NCBI GenBank assembly: GCA_963843575.1
Contig: CAWJKZ010000010.1
Span: forward strand, 96,001-160,000
Length of the DNA stretch: 64,000 nucleotides
Source of the DNA: an uncultured Acidobacteriota bacterium
Lineage (GTDB): Bacteria; Acidobacteriota; UBA6911
Direction of reading: 5' to 3'
The translations under genes were made by a program, and so were the position numbers. Shown here one piece after another: positions 18,806-29,210 of this stretch. The notes beneath the pieces are model-generated. The model saw nothing but the letters and a program-made list of their open reading frames with translations. It searched no databases and had not been told where the DNA came from. The stretch's first letter is position 1, and every line of letters begins with the position of its first letter.

Positions 18806-19663
18806 TTACGATTGGAGCACCACGGCGGAGCAGCAGTGCGTGAGCACCCGCTCGGTCGTGCTGCCGAACAGCATTTCCCGCATCGGGCGGTGCCCGTACG
18901 CCCCCATGACGAGAATATCGGCAGGCGCGGCGGAGACGAGTTCGCAGATCACCTCCGACGGCTTCGTCCCTACAATGACCTGTTTCTGCGGCTTGACCTG
19001 GTGGTGAGACAAGTACGCTTCGGCGGCGGCCAGGATCTCGAGCCCGGCCTCCTCGGAAGGCGACACGATGACGACCCTGCACCCGGTTCCCGGTCGCGCG
19101 GCCAACTCGGCCGCCACCTCGAGGGCCCGGGCCGCGTGACCGCTGCCGTCGTAGGCCATCACGATGTTGCGCGGCTCCTGCCCTTCCCCCAGGCTGCGTG
19201 CCGCGACGAGCACCGGCCGGACCGAGGCGCGGATCACTTGCGACACCAGCGGGTCGGGCCTGCTTTCGGCGCCCGGAGCCCTGGTGTATCCCGACCGCGC
19301 CATGACGACGATGTCGTGAGCCACCGCGGCCCGTCCGATGATCTCGCCGGGTATTCCGGTCTGCACATCCGTGGTGCACGGCAGGTCCCGGGCGGAACAC
19401 TCGCGGGCCAGCTGTTCGAGGCGGCCCTTCGAGAGTGAGACCATTTCGTCCAGAAGCGTCTGACTCTCCGCAATCGGAGGGGTCACGACCGAAGGCATGA
19501 AACCATCCGGCGTGCCCATCACCGGAATCTCAAAAGCCTTGATGTCGATGACCGCGAGTGCGTGTATCAAACTCCGGTCCTGGCGGGCGAGCCAGAACGC
19601 ATAATCCCGGGCGCCGGCCGAGAGCGGCCCGTCCGCCACGGGGAGCAGGATTGACCGAATCAT
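18806..19663 (-). CDS. Universal stress protein (tandem Usp domains)
   Basis: SILLPV, AYDGS and ILVMGAYGH...LFGSTT. Confidence 0.88.
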   Translation of the reverse strand: MIRSILLPVADGPLSAGARDYAFWLARQDRSLIHALAVIDIKAFEIPVMGTPDGFMPSVVTPPIAESQTLLDEMVSLSKGRLEQLARECSARDLPCTTDVQTGIPGEIIGRAAVAHDIVVMARSGYTRAPGAESRPDPLVSQVIRASVRPVLVAARSLGEGQEPRNIVMAYDGSGHAARALEVAAELAARPGTGCRVVIVSPSEEAGLEILAAAEAYLSHHQVKPQKQVIVGTKPSEVICELVSAAPADILVMGAYGHRPMREMLFGSTTERVLTHCCSAVVLQS

Positions 19664-19747
19664 CGATATAGCTCCGGTTCTTTGCTAGGGTTTCGACCGC
19701 AACTCATTAAACCACAAAATTCCGAACCTGAAGCAGCTTCCCGCGGG

Positions 19748-20881
19748 TCAGGCCAACCCGAGGTCGCTCTTGATCTTGAAGAGATTCATGATGTCCCTCC
19801 GGGAAACGATCCCGACCAGTCTCCCGTCTTCCATCACGGGCATGCGGCCGAGGTCGCTGCCGATCATGCGCGCCAGAGCGTCGGTAGCGTCGTCGGTAGG
19901 ACGCAGGCTGGGGACCTGTTCCACCGGCGTCATCACGTCCCGCACCTGCTTGAAGCCCCAGATCTCCCTGGGCACCTCCTTGACCTGTGTCAGCGACACC
20001 ATGCCGATGAATTCGTCACGATTGAACACCGGGAACGTCGTGAACTGGTGCTTGTAGATATAGTCCCGCACGAGATCATCCACGGGCGTGAGCCAGTCGA
20101 CCGTGACGAGGTTCTCGGTCATGATCTGCCGGACCTGCACGCCTGCCAGCGCCTGCCGCAGGACCACGGCCTGGTAGCTGCCGAGCGCGCTCTGCTTCAT
20201 GAACAGCCCGATCAGGATCAGCCACAGCCCCGAGACGATGCTCTGGGTGAAGAAGAACTGCAGGAACCCCAGGATCACCAGGAACAGCGCGAACGAGTTG
20301 CCGATCTGGCTGACGACCTTGGTCGCGCGGGCCATGTTGTTCCAGCGGTCCCACAGCACGGCGCGCAGCAACCGCCCGCCGTCCAGCGGGAATCCCGGGA
20401 TGAGGTTGAAAACCGCCAGCACCACATTGGCGGTCGCGAGATAGCCGGCGATGGCGGCGACCGCGTGCGCCCGGCCGAGCAGGAAAAGATAGAGATACAC
20501 GGCGCCGAACCCGAGCGCCAGGCCCATGCTCGCCGCCGGGCCCGCCAGCGCGATCAGGAATTCGTGACGGCCGGAGTTAGGCTCGGACGAGACCTGGGAG
20601 ACGCCGCCGAAGATGAACAGGCGGATGCTGGTGACCTGGATCCCGTGCCGCACGGCCACGATCGAGTGGGCCAATTCATGCAACAGCACCGAGAGGAACA
20701 ACAGTGTCGCCGTGATCAACCCCATCGCCCAGTACTGCGGCTTGGAAAAGTGCGCGTGGGTTTGAGGGAAAAAATTCTCCGCCATCGTGTAGATCACGAG
20801 GAAGAAGATGATAAACCACGAGTAGTCGATCGTGATCTGGATACCGGCCACACGAAGGAGTTTAAGGCTGCGAAATTGCAT
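19748..20881 (-). CDS. Site-2 protease (M50) with C-terminal CBS pair
   Basis: HELAH, AGP, NLIPGFPLDGGR and two CBS domains; start at 20881 or 20890. Confidence 0.9.
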   Translation of the reverse strand: MQFRSLKLLRVAGIQITIDYSWFIIFFLVIYTMAENFFPQTHAHFSKPQYWAMGLITATLLFLSVLLHELAHSIVAVRHGIQVTSIRLFIFGGVSQVSSEPNSGRHEFLIALAGPAASMGLALGFGAVYLYLFLLGRAHAVAAIAGYLATANVVLAVFNLIPGFPLDGGRLLRAVLWDRWNNMARATKVVSQIGNSFALFLVILGFLQFFFTQSIVSGLWLILIGLFMKQSALGSYQAVVLRQALAGVQVRQIMTENLVTVDWLTPVDDLVRDYIYKHQFTTFPVFNRDEFIGMVSLTQVKEVPREIWGFKQVRDVMTPVEQVPSLRPTDDATDALARMIGSDLGRMPVMEDGRLVGIVSRRDIMNLFKIKSDLGLA

Positions 20882-21053
20882 ACTTGCCATTATACGAGGT
20901 CGGCCCTTAATTATTGAGCTTTTGAAGGAACCCCTCACCGCGCCCGCCTGCCGCTCCAGCGCGCCCGGGCGATCCCCGGACGTGAGCCGTCTCCGCCCCG
21001 GATCGATTGACGCGGTGTGATAAAATGATCTGTTTCGGAGGGAGATCCAAATC

Positions 21054-22094
21054 GTGATTAAGGCACTCATACTTGCCGGCGGCAAAGGCGCGCGCCTTCG
21101 CCCGCTCGCGTTGCACACGCCCAAACCTATCGTGCCCCTGGCCAACATACCTTTTCTGTTTTTTCAGATCGACCACATCAAACAGGCCCGGATCACGGAA
21201 ATAATCCTGAGCCTCTCGTACCAGCCGCGCAAGATCACCGACATCTTCGGTGACGGCATGAAGTACGGGGTCACGATGCGTTACACCCACGAGGACTTGC
21301 CGCGGGGAACGGCGGGGGCGTTCAAGGCCGCCGAGAATCTCATCGACGATACGACGGTCGTCCTGAACGGCGACGTCCTGACCGACACCGACCTGCTCGG
21401 CGTAATCCGGTACCACAAGGAAAAACAGGCCGAAGCCACCATCGTGATGGCCCGTGTCATGAATCCCGCCGGTTACGGGCTGGTGGAAACCGACGTGGAA
21501 GGCCGGGTGGTCAGGTTCACGGAAAAACCCGCGGAGGATGAAGTCACGGGTGACACCATCAACGCCGGGATCTACATCCTCGAGCCCTCGGTGCTGCAGC
21601 GCATCTCCGTGGAAGGACCGCAGAGCTTCGAACGCGAGGTGTTCCCGGGCATGCTGCAAGATGGGGCGCGATTCTATGCCTATCTCACGCGGGGCTACTG
21701 GCAGGACATCGGGAGCCCGCAGAAATACCTCGAGGCTCACTACGGCATCATCTCCGGCCGCATGAAGCTCCCGGGGTACCCGTTGAAAGCCTGCCCTCCG
21801 AATGATTGGGACAAGCGCAACGTCAAGATCGACTCGTACTCGATCCTCGACGGCGGGTGCGTGATCAAACCGGGGGTGGCCATCGAGAATTCGGTCCTCG
21901 GCGAGGACTGCCGGGTCGAGGAGGGCACCCTGATCAAGGACTCGGTCATCTGGAGCGGCACCCGCATCCGGGCCACCGCGCGAATCGAGCGCGCCATCAT
22001 CGGAAGGCAGTGCCACATCGGCGAAGGTGTGCGGCTGCGTCCGGGGACCGTGCTCGGCGACAAGACAATCGTGACCGACTACAGCGTGCTTTAG
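21054..22094 (+). CDS. NDP-sugar synthase (mannose-1-phosphate guanylyltransferase-like) with left-handed beta-helix tail
   Basis: ILAGGKGARLRP, PKP, GTAGA, NGDV, EKP, INAGIY, W.DIG and hexapeptide repeats. Confidence 0.88.
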   Translation: MIKALILAGGKGARLRPLALHTPKPIVPLANIPFLFFQIDHIKQARITEIILSLSYQPRKITDIFGDGMKYGVTMRYTHEDLPRGTAGAFKAAENLIDDTTVVLNGDVLTDTDLLGVIRYHKEKQAEATIVMARVMNPAGYGLVETDVEGRVVRFTEKPAEDEVTGDTINAGIYILEPSVLQRISVEGPQSFEREVFPGMLQDGARFYAYLTRGYWQDIGSPQKYLEAHYGIISGRMKLPGYPLKACPPNDWDKRNVKIDSYSILDGGCVIKPGVAIENSVLGEDCRVEEGTLIKDSVIWSGTRIRATARIERAIIGRQCHIGEGVRLRPGTVLGDKTIVTDYSVL

Positions 22095-22125
22095 CCGAAC
22101 CCTCCGCTGGCCCGATCGATCCGGC

Positions 22126-23949
22126 TCATGCGCTGCCGTCGGGTGCCGGCGCGGCCGTCCTGGCGAAAAACTCGACGATCTGGCTCGCCGCCTTGGGACC
22201 GACATAGGGGGCAAGTTCCTCGAACCTGGCGTGCCGCACGCGTTCCAGGCTCCCGAAGGCCCTCAGCAGCACCTTCTTCCTCACCTCCCCGATGCCGGGG
22301 ACGTCCATGAGCTCCGAATCGAAATCGCGCAGTTCCCGCCTCTTCCGGTGATAGCTGACGGCAAAGCGGTGAGCCTCGTCGCGCATGACCTGGACCAGGT
22401 GGAGGATGGGAGAGCTCTTGTCCAGGACAACGGGTTCATCCCTGCCCTTCAGAAAGATGAGTTCTTCCCTCTTCGCTATCGCGGCCACCGGCTGATCCTC
22501 GAGACCCAGCTCCTCGAGCGCCGCGGCGGCGGCGGCCAGCTGCCCCCTCCCCCCGTCGATCAAGACGAGGTCCGGCAGCCGGCCTTCGTCCTGCTCCAGC
22601 ACGTTCTCGTAGTGGCGATGGACCACTTCGCGCATGGAGGCGAAGTCGTCGGGTCCCTTGACGCTCTCTATCTTGAATTTGCGGTAGCCGCCCCGCTTCA
22701 TCTCGCCGTTCTCGCACACAACCATGCTGGCAACCGTCTCGCTCCCCTGGACGTGGGAGATGTCGAAAGTCTCGATCCTGCGCGGGAGGCTGTCGAGGCC
22801 CAAGGCGGCCTGCAGCGGCTGCAGAATCTCCTCCCCCTTCGGTTTGAGGACGCGGAAGCGCGTCTCGAACGACATCTGCGCGTTGCGCATGACCAGGTCG
22901 AGCAAGCCGGCCTTGAGCCCTCGCCGCGGAGATCGGATGTGCACGCGACTCTTCTTGCGTTCCGACAACCATGTCTCCAGCACCTCGGCGTCTTCGATGT
23001 CTGCCGGGATGTAGATCTCCTTGGGTGTAAAGGTGTCCTGGAGGTAGTACTGCTTGAGGGCCGCTCCGAAAAACTCGCCCGGATCGAACGCGATCAGGTC
23101 CTCCCAGTAGAACTCCCGGCGTCCCATAATCCGTCCCCCGCGCATGGCGAAGACGGCCATGGCCAGGCGCTCCCCTTCGTTGTGGTATCCGAACAGGTCC
23201 GCGTCGTCCTGCCCTTCCAGCAGCATTTTCTGGCGCTCGGACATGTCGCTCACCATCGCGATCCAGTCCCGGTACAGGGCGGCGGCCTCGAAACGCAGGT
23301 CCTCTGCCGCCTCTGACATGCGTTGTTCCAGCTTGCGGATCAACTCCTCCGTTTTTCCCGAGAGCAGCAGCTTGACGTCCTCAACGGCGCGGTCGTACGC
23401 CTCCTTGCTGCAGAGCCCCGTCACGCAGGGGCCCAGGCAGCGCTTCATCTGGAAGTCAAGGCACGGTCTCGCCATCGAGCCGTCGATCTCCAGGTTGCAG
23501 GTGCGCAGCCTGAAATACTTGTTGACCAGCTTTATGGTGCGGCGCGCATAGCTCGCCGGCAGAAACGGCCCGAAGTACAGCGCCCCGTCGCGCCTCACCC
23601 TCCGGGTGATGAAGATCCTCGGGAAAGGTTCGTTGACGGTCAGTTTGAGGTAGGGGAAGCTCTTGTCGTCTTTGAGGTTGACGTTGTAGCGCGGCTGGTT
23701 CTTCTTGACGAGCGTCGACTCGAGTATCAGGGCTTCGACTTGGTTGTCAGTGACGATGTACTCGAGGTCGGCCACCTCGGAGACCAAGCGGCTGGTCTTC
23801 GGGTCGAGGGGGCGGCTCTCCTGAAAATACGATCGCACGCGGTGCCGGAGGGAGCGCGCCTTCCCGACGTAGATAATCTCGTCCCGGGCATTTTTATACA
23901 GGTACACGCCCGGGGAAGCCGGGAGTTGGTCGATCTTGTCCTGGAGCAT
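22126..23949 (-). CDS. uvrC: Excinuclease ABC subunit C
   Basis: GIY-YIG (PGVYLY..IIYVGKA), RIETFDISH, LIDGG, RDEAHRFA and HhH motif. Confidence 0.96.
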   Translation of the reverse strand: MLQDKIDQLPASPGVYLYKNARDEIIYVGKARSLRHRVRSYFQESRPLDPKTSRLVSEVADLEYIVTDNQVEALILESTLVKKNQPRYNVNLKDDKSFPYLKLTVNEPFPRIFITRRVRRDGALYFGPFLPASYARRTIKLVNKYFRLRTCNLEIDGSMARPCLDFQMKRCLGPCVTGLCSKEAYDRAVEDVKLLLSGKTEELIRKLEQRMSEAAEDLRFEAAALYRDWIAMVSDMSERQKMLLEGQDDADLFGYHNEGERLAMAVFAMRGGRIMGRREFYWEDLIAFDPGEFFGAALKQYYLQDTFTPKEIYIPADIEDAEVLETWLSERKKSRVHIRSPRRGLKAGLLDLVMRNAQMSFETRFRVLKPKGEEILQPLQAALGLDSLPRRIETFDISHVQGSETVASMVVCENGEMKRGGYRKFKIESVKGPDDFASMREVVHRHYENVLEQDEGRLPDLVLIDGGRGQLAAAAAALEELGLEDQPVAAIAKREELIFLKGRDEPVVLDKSSPILHLVQVMRDEAHRFAVSYHRKRRELRDFDSELMDVPGIGEVRKKVLLRAFGSLERVRHARFEELAPYVGPKAASQIVEFFARTAAPAPDGSA

Positions 23950-23988
23950 TCAGGAATTTAATCACAGAACGGCCCCAGTGTGGAGGGG

Positions 23989-24013
23989 GGGCGGGGTCGG
24001 CCGGACCCCGCCC
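23989..24013. terminator. GC-rich hairpin downstream of the 849-aa gene
   Basis: 10-bp stem GGGCGGGGTC/GACCCCGCCC; no U-tract. Confidence 0.35.
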
Positions 24014-24040
24014 GGAATATCAGGAAGCGCGCACTCCACT

Positions 24041-26590
24041 TCAGGGGACAGGGGTCTGGACCAGCGGCGGGACGGAGGTCAGGAACTCCGAGCGCGAACT
24101 GCCGAAGACCTCGAACACCATGATCGGGAGGTCGCTCGTGACGATGACGAACCCTGTGCTCGCCTTTGCCTGCAGGGCCGGGATCAGCTGACCCAGGGTG
24201 GCGGAGAGCCGGGCATTCCTCTCCAGCAGCACGTTGCTCTTGCCAAGGGAGACGTTCGTCGGCGAGAACGCCTCCACCTCGATGTTGGCGAAGGTACGGT
24301 TCGGGTTGAACAACGCCAGCCCCGTGTAATACTGCCCCTTGGCGGATTCGTCGAACGCCCCTTCGGCGAAATGCACCATCGCAAACCGGGTGCCCTTGGC
24401 GGCCACGAGGCTCCCGGTCGCCAGGTACCTGCCGTCGCGCGCGTCGCCGTAGAGCAAGCTGACGATCAGCCCGGGTTTCTCCGATTCCATGTGCAGCGTC
24501 CCCTGGTAGAGCGCCGGGTCCTTTAGTGGATCGGGGAATCCGAGGATCGCGTCGGCGCCCCCCGAGATCGATTCGTAGGGCTGCAGCGTACGTTCCGTCG
24601 GTTCCGCCTCGGGAGGAACGACCTCGCCTCGATCGTCCGTCACCCTGGCCGTGAATTTGACCGGGTCGGTGGTGACGTTCGTTATCGACAGGTTGGATAA
24701 GATCGGCGTGTCGAGTTTGCCGGCACCGCCGCTGGCAAACTGCACGGCATCGAACGTGGTTTCCGGATCGCCCCGGAAAGCCGCGGGGATCAGTGCAATC
24801 GAGTCGCCGATCCTGACGATCTCCAGGCCCTTGAGCTCCACGTCGGAATTGATCTCGAGGTACCCGCTCGCCAGCGGGTAGAAGGCGGTGGGGACCAGCT
24901 GAGATATCGGTTTGCGCACGCGGGCGTGCGCGGGCAACTTCAGGTTGAGGTACGCGATCATCGCGCCCGGGCCTTCGAGCGTCTTGGCGAACATCCGCAC
25001 CGTCATAGACGCTTCTATCTCGTTCGGGTTCAGCAGCGCGATCTCGGTCGTGGTCTGGGAGCCATACGCGGAAACTCCTTCGGTGATGCGCCCGAATCCC
25101 AGCAGTTTGCCCACGCGGGAGTCGGCGATGAAGCCGTCGAGCCGGGTGAGGTTGTTGGTGCCTGTCATGTAGAGGACGGTGACGCCGGCGCCGAGCGTGT
25201 AGGCTTCGATGTAGCCCTCGAAGTCACGGCTCGGGTCGAGGCCGAAAATCTGCCAGGCGACCAGGGACACCTGCTGGCTCGGCGGGACGGTGATGATGCG
25301 TGGATTGGTGGCGCCCGGGATCAGGGCACCCGCGTTGTCCTTGGCGATGAGCGCGACGTTCGCCCCCTCGGTGCCGAAGTTAGCCATCGCCAGTCCGGAG
25401 TAGACGGTCGCCGACTGGGTCAGGTCGGGGATGAGCAGGGTCGTGGGGCTGAGGGCGATCAAGCTCAAGGTGTTGCCGCCAAGGTCGAGCGAGGTCAGCG
25501 CGGTGCCGTCGCTCGTGAGGCCGAGCCGCACCGGGTTCGCCAAAGTGGAGATGCGCTTGCGCACCGCGGCATTCTCGACGTCGTAGGCGATGATGTCGTT
25601 CGTGCCGGCCGCAGGGATGTAGAGGGTGTGGCTGTCGGGACTGAAGACGGGCACCGTCTCGGTGGTGGGTTCGAATCCGGGGAACGCCAGGCTCTTCACC
25701 GGGAGCGCCTCGGGCAAGCTCATGAGCTCGAGGGTCTTGCTCAGGACGTTGACCACCGCGAGCCAGCGACCGTTGGGTGAGGCGACCAGCCTGGCCGGCC
25801 CTTTCCCGCCCAGCATCGCACGGCTCCCCGGGATCTTGCTCTTCAGGTCGTAAGTGAGGATCCGGTTGTCGCCGTACGAACCGACAAAGAAGTAGTCGCC
25901 GTTGACGGTCGACTGCACGTTGTTGAATGGCTCGGTCTGCGCTCCGCCGAAAACCGGGTTGTCGATGATCCCGATCGTAACCGTATCGATGATCCAGATG
26001 CTCTCCAGGTCGTCGGACTTCTTGCCGCTGCAGAGGACTGCGATGTGCTGGCCGTTGGGGAGCAGCGTCAGGATGTTCGGGTTCTTGTCGACGTGTATGA
26101 AACGATCCAGCTCCCCGGTTAGGGTGGTGAACACCGCGACCTGGTTGCGCGACGGGTCCGCGACGTAGAAGTTGATCCCGTCGCGGCTCATCACGATGTT
26201 GTTGCGGAAAGTGAAACCCGAGGGTTGATAACCGACGCCCTCGGGGATGCGCAGTTCCATCGTTTCCGCGTTGACGACGTAGAACCTCTGGGTGGTTACC
26301 CCGAGCACGACCAGCGTCCTCTCGTCCCGGCTGAGGGCCAGCGGTCCCACACCGGGAGGGAGCGAGAGCGAGCCGAGTATGGCGCCGGTCGTCCCCTTAA
26401 ATTTCTGGACCAGCCCCGAACCCGGGTTGGTCAGGAAGCCGACGTCCCCGGTCGACTTGAAGACTACGGTGGTGGAGTTGTCCAGGGTACCGGGCTGCCC
26501 CGGGACCTGCGCCAGTCGCACCTGAGCCGAAGCCAGCGCTGCAGACATTACCAAGGAAAGGGCTGCAATGGTGAATCGTGTCCTGATCAT
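24041..26590 (-). CDS. Large secreted protein: YncE-like beta-propeller plus about 4 repeated beta-sandwich-like modules
   Basis: Signal peptide; propeller repeats (LSRDE, MSRDG, ASPNG, FSPDS, LTSDG); repeated GLA(L/M)xN-type modules. Confidence 0.7.
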   Translation of the reverse strand: MIRTRFTIAALSLVMSAALASAQVRLAQVPGQPGTLDNSTTVVFKSTGDVGFLTNPGSGLVQKFKGTTGAILGSLSLPPGVGPLALSRDERTLVVLGVTTQRFYVVNAETMELRIPEGVGYQPSGFTFRNNIVMSRDGINFYVADPSRNQVAVFTTLTGELDRFIHVDKNPNILTLLPNGQHIAVLCSGKKSDDLESIWIIDTVTIGIIDNPVFGGAQTEPFNNVQSTVNGDYFFVGSYGDNRILTYDLKSKIPGSRAMLGGKGPARLVASPNGRWLAVVNVLSKTLELMSLPEALPVKSLAFPGFEPTTETVPVFSPDSHTLYIPAAGTNDIIAYDVENAAVRKRISTLANPVRLGLTSDGTALTSLDLGGNTLSLIALSPTTLLIPDLTQSATVYSGLAMANFGTEGANVALIAKDNAGALIPGATNPRIITVPPSQQVSLVAWQIFGLDPSRDFEGYIEAYTLGAGVTVLYMTGTNNLTRLDGFIADSRVGKLLGFGRITEGVSAYGSQTTTEIALLNPNEIEASMTVRMFAKTLEGPGAMIAYLNLKLPAHARVRKPISQLVPTAFYPLASGYLEINSDVELKGLEIVRIGDSIALIPAAFRGDPETTFDAVQFASGGAGKLDTPILSNLSITNVTTDPVKFTARVTDDRGEVVPPEAEPTERTLQPYESISGGADAILGFPDPLKDPALYQGTLHMESEKPGLIVSLLYGDARDGRYLATGSLVAAKGTRFAMVHFAEGAFDESAKGQYYTGLALFNPNRTFANIEVEAFSPTNVSLGKSNVLLERNARLSATLGQLIPALQAKASTGFVIVTSDLPIMVFEVFGSSRSEFLTSVPPLVQTPVP

Positions 26591-26681
26591 AGCTCCTCGA
26601 ATCGAACTCGATGGAAAACCCGGGCTCTCGAACTGCGCGGCAGACCGCAGGGCCGCACGGATTACGACTTGCCGGGCGGGG

Positions 26682-27290
26682 TTAGCCGGCTCCGGCGTTG
26701 CGCGACTCGCCGCGCTCGGGCGGCGCGGCCGCGATGGGCTCGAAGCAGCGGCGGCAACGGGCCTCGTAAATGTCGGAAGCCCCGACGATCACCCGCTCCT
26801 CGCTTGCGATGAGCCGTTGCGTGTGATTGGCCGGGTTGCCGCAACGCATGCAGATGGCCAGCGTCTTGGTGATGTACTCCGCGATCGAAAGAAGCTGCGG
26901 CATGGGCTCGAAGGGACGCCCCATGAAATCCTGGTCCAGCCCTGCCACGATGACCCGCTTGCCCATGTCCGCCAGCGTGTTGCAGACGGCGACAATCTCT
27001 TTGTCGAAGAACTGCGCCTCGTCGATGCCGACGACCTCGGTGCGCAGGTCCGTGTGCTGCAGTACCTCCTGGGCGGTGCTCACGACCTGCGAGGGCATTT
27101 TCTGCTCGCTGTGCGACACGATATGGTCCTGGGAAAAACGCGCATCGATGCTCGGTTTGAAGATCTGCACCCGCTGGCGGGCGATCTGCGCGCGGCGCAG
27201 CCGACGGATCAGTTCCTCGCTCTTTCCGCTGAACATGCTGCCGCAGATCACTTCGATCCATCCGACGTTGCCGCGAATCTGGCTGTCCAT
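26682..27290 (-). CDS. tdk: Thymidine kinase
   Basis: [28 protein letters not shown] and YEARCRRC. Confidence 0.95.
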   Translation of the reverse strand: MDSQIRGNVGWIEVICGSMFSGKSEELIRRLRRAQIARQRVQIFKPSIDARFSQDHIVSHSEQKMPSQVVSTAQEVLQHTDLRTEVVGIDEAQFFDKEIVAVCNTLADMGKRVIVAGLDQDFMGRPFEPMPQLLSIAEYITKTLAICMRCGNPANHTQRLIASEERVIVGASDIYEARCRRCFEPIAAAPPERGESRNAGAG

Positions 27291-27369
27291 AGCTTACGCG
27301 AACGGCAGGGCATCAGGCTGTCCCAGACAAGCTCTGCGTCCTTCGCCTCCCATCAAGTCTCGTACGTGC

Positions 27370-27816
27370 TCACGACCTGAACAGTGCTTCGAGCTCCTCG
27401 AAAGTGGCGTATATCCCTGAGCAGCAACCCAGGACCCAGCCGCTGATCGACGGCAGGGGGAGCGGGGTGACCATGTACACGGGGATCCCGCGGCAGCGCG
27501 CCCAGGTCAACTCAGCCGAGGTGCCGCCTCCGCGGGCGGCGTTTTGATCCCAGTAGCACACCACGCAATCGGCGCGCGAGACCACGTCGAGGTCGAAGTC
27601 AATGATCTTCCGCACCGCCGATTGGAACCTGGGCAAGTCCGTCGTCTTCCAGGCCCTCAGGTTCAGCTGCTCTTCCTCGGTCAGGGATTTGCGCTCGTCC
27701 TCGGCGGGATCGTAGACGTCGTGCCCCAACCCCCTGAGGAACGCGGCGAAATCGCGCCGCCAGCCGCGCCCGAGATCCGGCGCGTACTCGATTGCCCCGG
27801 CGAGGTACGCCAGCAT
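27370..27816 (-). CDS. Nucleoside 2-deoxyribosyltransferase / nucleotide N-hydrolase-like protein
   Basis: YLAGAI, VYDP, D...V..AD and GTSAEL motifs of the NDT superfamily. Confidence 0.7.
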   Translation of the reverse strand: MLAYLAGAIEYAPDLGRGWRRDFAAFLRGLGHDVYDPAEDERKSLTEEEQLNLRAWKTTDLPRFQSAVRKIIDFDLDVVSRADCVVCYWDQNAARGGGTSAELTWARCRGIPVYMVTPLPLPSISGWVLGCCSGIYATFEELEALFRS

Positions 27817-27824
27817 AGTGCAGC

Positions 27825-28286
27825 CTACAAGGGGCGTTCAAGCCGTTGGCGGACGGCCGCATTCACCTTCTTGCCGTCGACCAGCTTGCCCGCAAAGCGC
27901 GCCATGCACAGCTTCATGACCGCGCCCATGTCTTTCGGAGAGGACACGCCGGTCTCGCGGACGACCTCGTCGACCACGCGGGAGATCTCCTCGTCGGAGG
28001 CACCCGCCGGCAGGTATTCCTCGATGACCTTGATCTCGACCGACTCCTTCTCGGCCAGATCGGTACGCCCGCCCCGCGTGAACTGCTCTATGGAGTCCTT
28101 GCGCTGCTTGATCAGGGTCGAGAGCACCTGGATCACCTGCCCGTCGTCCAACTCCGCGCGCACCGGCAGCGCGATTTCCCTGTTGAGCACCGCCGCCTTC
28201 ATCATGCGCAGCACCGACAGGCGGTCGGCGGCCTTCGCCTTCATCGCGGCGGTGAGGTCCGCGTTGATCTTGTCCCTTAGTCGCAT
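27825..28286 (-). CDS. GatB/YqeY domain protein
   Basis: AMKAK, KQRKDSIEQF, EEYLP, DMGAVMK and VDGK. Confidence 0.92.
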   Translation of the reverse strand: MRLRDKINADLTAAMKAKAADRLSVLRMMKAAVLNREIALPVRAELDDGQVIQVLSTLIKQRKDSIEQFTRGGRTDLAEKESVEIKVIEEYLPAGASDEEISRVVDEVVRETGVSSPKDMGAVMKLCMARFAGKLVDGKKVNAAVRQRLERPL

Positions 28287-28317
28287 AGTCTCCCGCAGAG
28301 CGTGTGTGAACCGCTTA

Positions 28318-29121
28318 TTATGACAGCCTTGTCAAGGAATCCACTTTTCGGATGACCGAGAGCATCTGGTCGTGAATGAGGCCGTTCGAGACGAGGCATT
28401 GACGGTCGTGAATGGAGCCCTCGACCCCGCCCAGGTTCGTGACCCTGCCGCCGGCCTCGCGCACCAGGAGATACCCCGCGGCGCAGTCCCACGGGCTCAG
28501 CTTGAGTTCCCAGAACCCGTCCAGGCGCCCTGCGGCGACATAGCAGAAGTCGAGGGCCGCCGAACCGGCCCGCCGCAACCCGCGGGCCTGCCGCGCGAAC
28601 TCGGCGAAGTACTCGAGATTCGTCTCCTTGCTCGTGCGGATGTCGTACGGGAATCCGGTCGCGAGGAGACCCGACCCGAGCCGATCGGTGCCGGAAACCC
28701 GGATGGGAGCGTTGTTCAGGCACGCACCCGCCCCGCGCCGGGCGGTGAAGACCTCGTCGAGGTTCGGGTTGTAGACCACGCCCCACTCGAGCCGGCCCTC
28801 GATCTCCAGACCGATGGACACCGCGAACGCCGGAAAACCGTGCGCATAATTGGTCGTGCCGTCCAGCGGATCGATGACCCACGTGCAGGGTCCCGGCCGG
28901 GTGTCGGAGTATTTCTCCTCGGCCAGGATGCTGTGTCCGGGGAATGCCGCGCGGAGGCGCTCCACGATCAGCTCCTCAGCAGCCACGTCCACCTCGGTGA
29001 CGAGGTTGGTCTCCCCCTTGTGGGCTACGGCGAAACCGGTCCTAAACCTCTCCATCAGGAGCTTCCCGGCAGCCAGTGCGGCAGCCGTCCCCACTTCGGT
29101 GACCCGATCGAAAGAAATCAT
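28318..29121 (-). CDS. suhB: Inositol monophosphatase
   Basis: LVTEVD, EE, WVIDPLDGTTNY, GSAALD and WDCAAG. Confidence 0.9.
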   Translation of the reverse strand: MISFDRVTEVGTAAALAAGKLLMERFRTGFAVAHKGETNLVTEVDVAAEELIVERLRAAFPGHSILAEEKYSDTRPGPCTWVIDPLDGTTNYAHGFPAFAVSIGLEIEGRLEWGVVYNPNLDEVFTARRGAGACLNNAPIRVSGTDRLGSGLLATGFPYDIRTSKETNLEYFAEFARQARGLRRAGSAALDFCYVAAGRLDGFWELKLSPWDCAAGYLLVREAGGRVTNLGGVEGSIHDRQCLVSNGLIHDQMLSVIRKVDSLTRLS

Positions 29122-29210
29122 GTCAGATGTTCCCGGCAAGGCAGGCCGCCGCCCCGGCAGACGCGATGCCCATGGCCGTGGTAGTCCGGGGCAGGTCCGG
29201 GATTCCCGGC

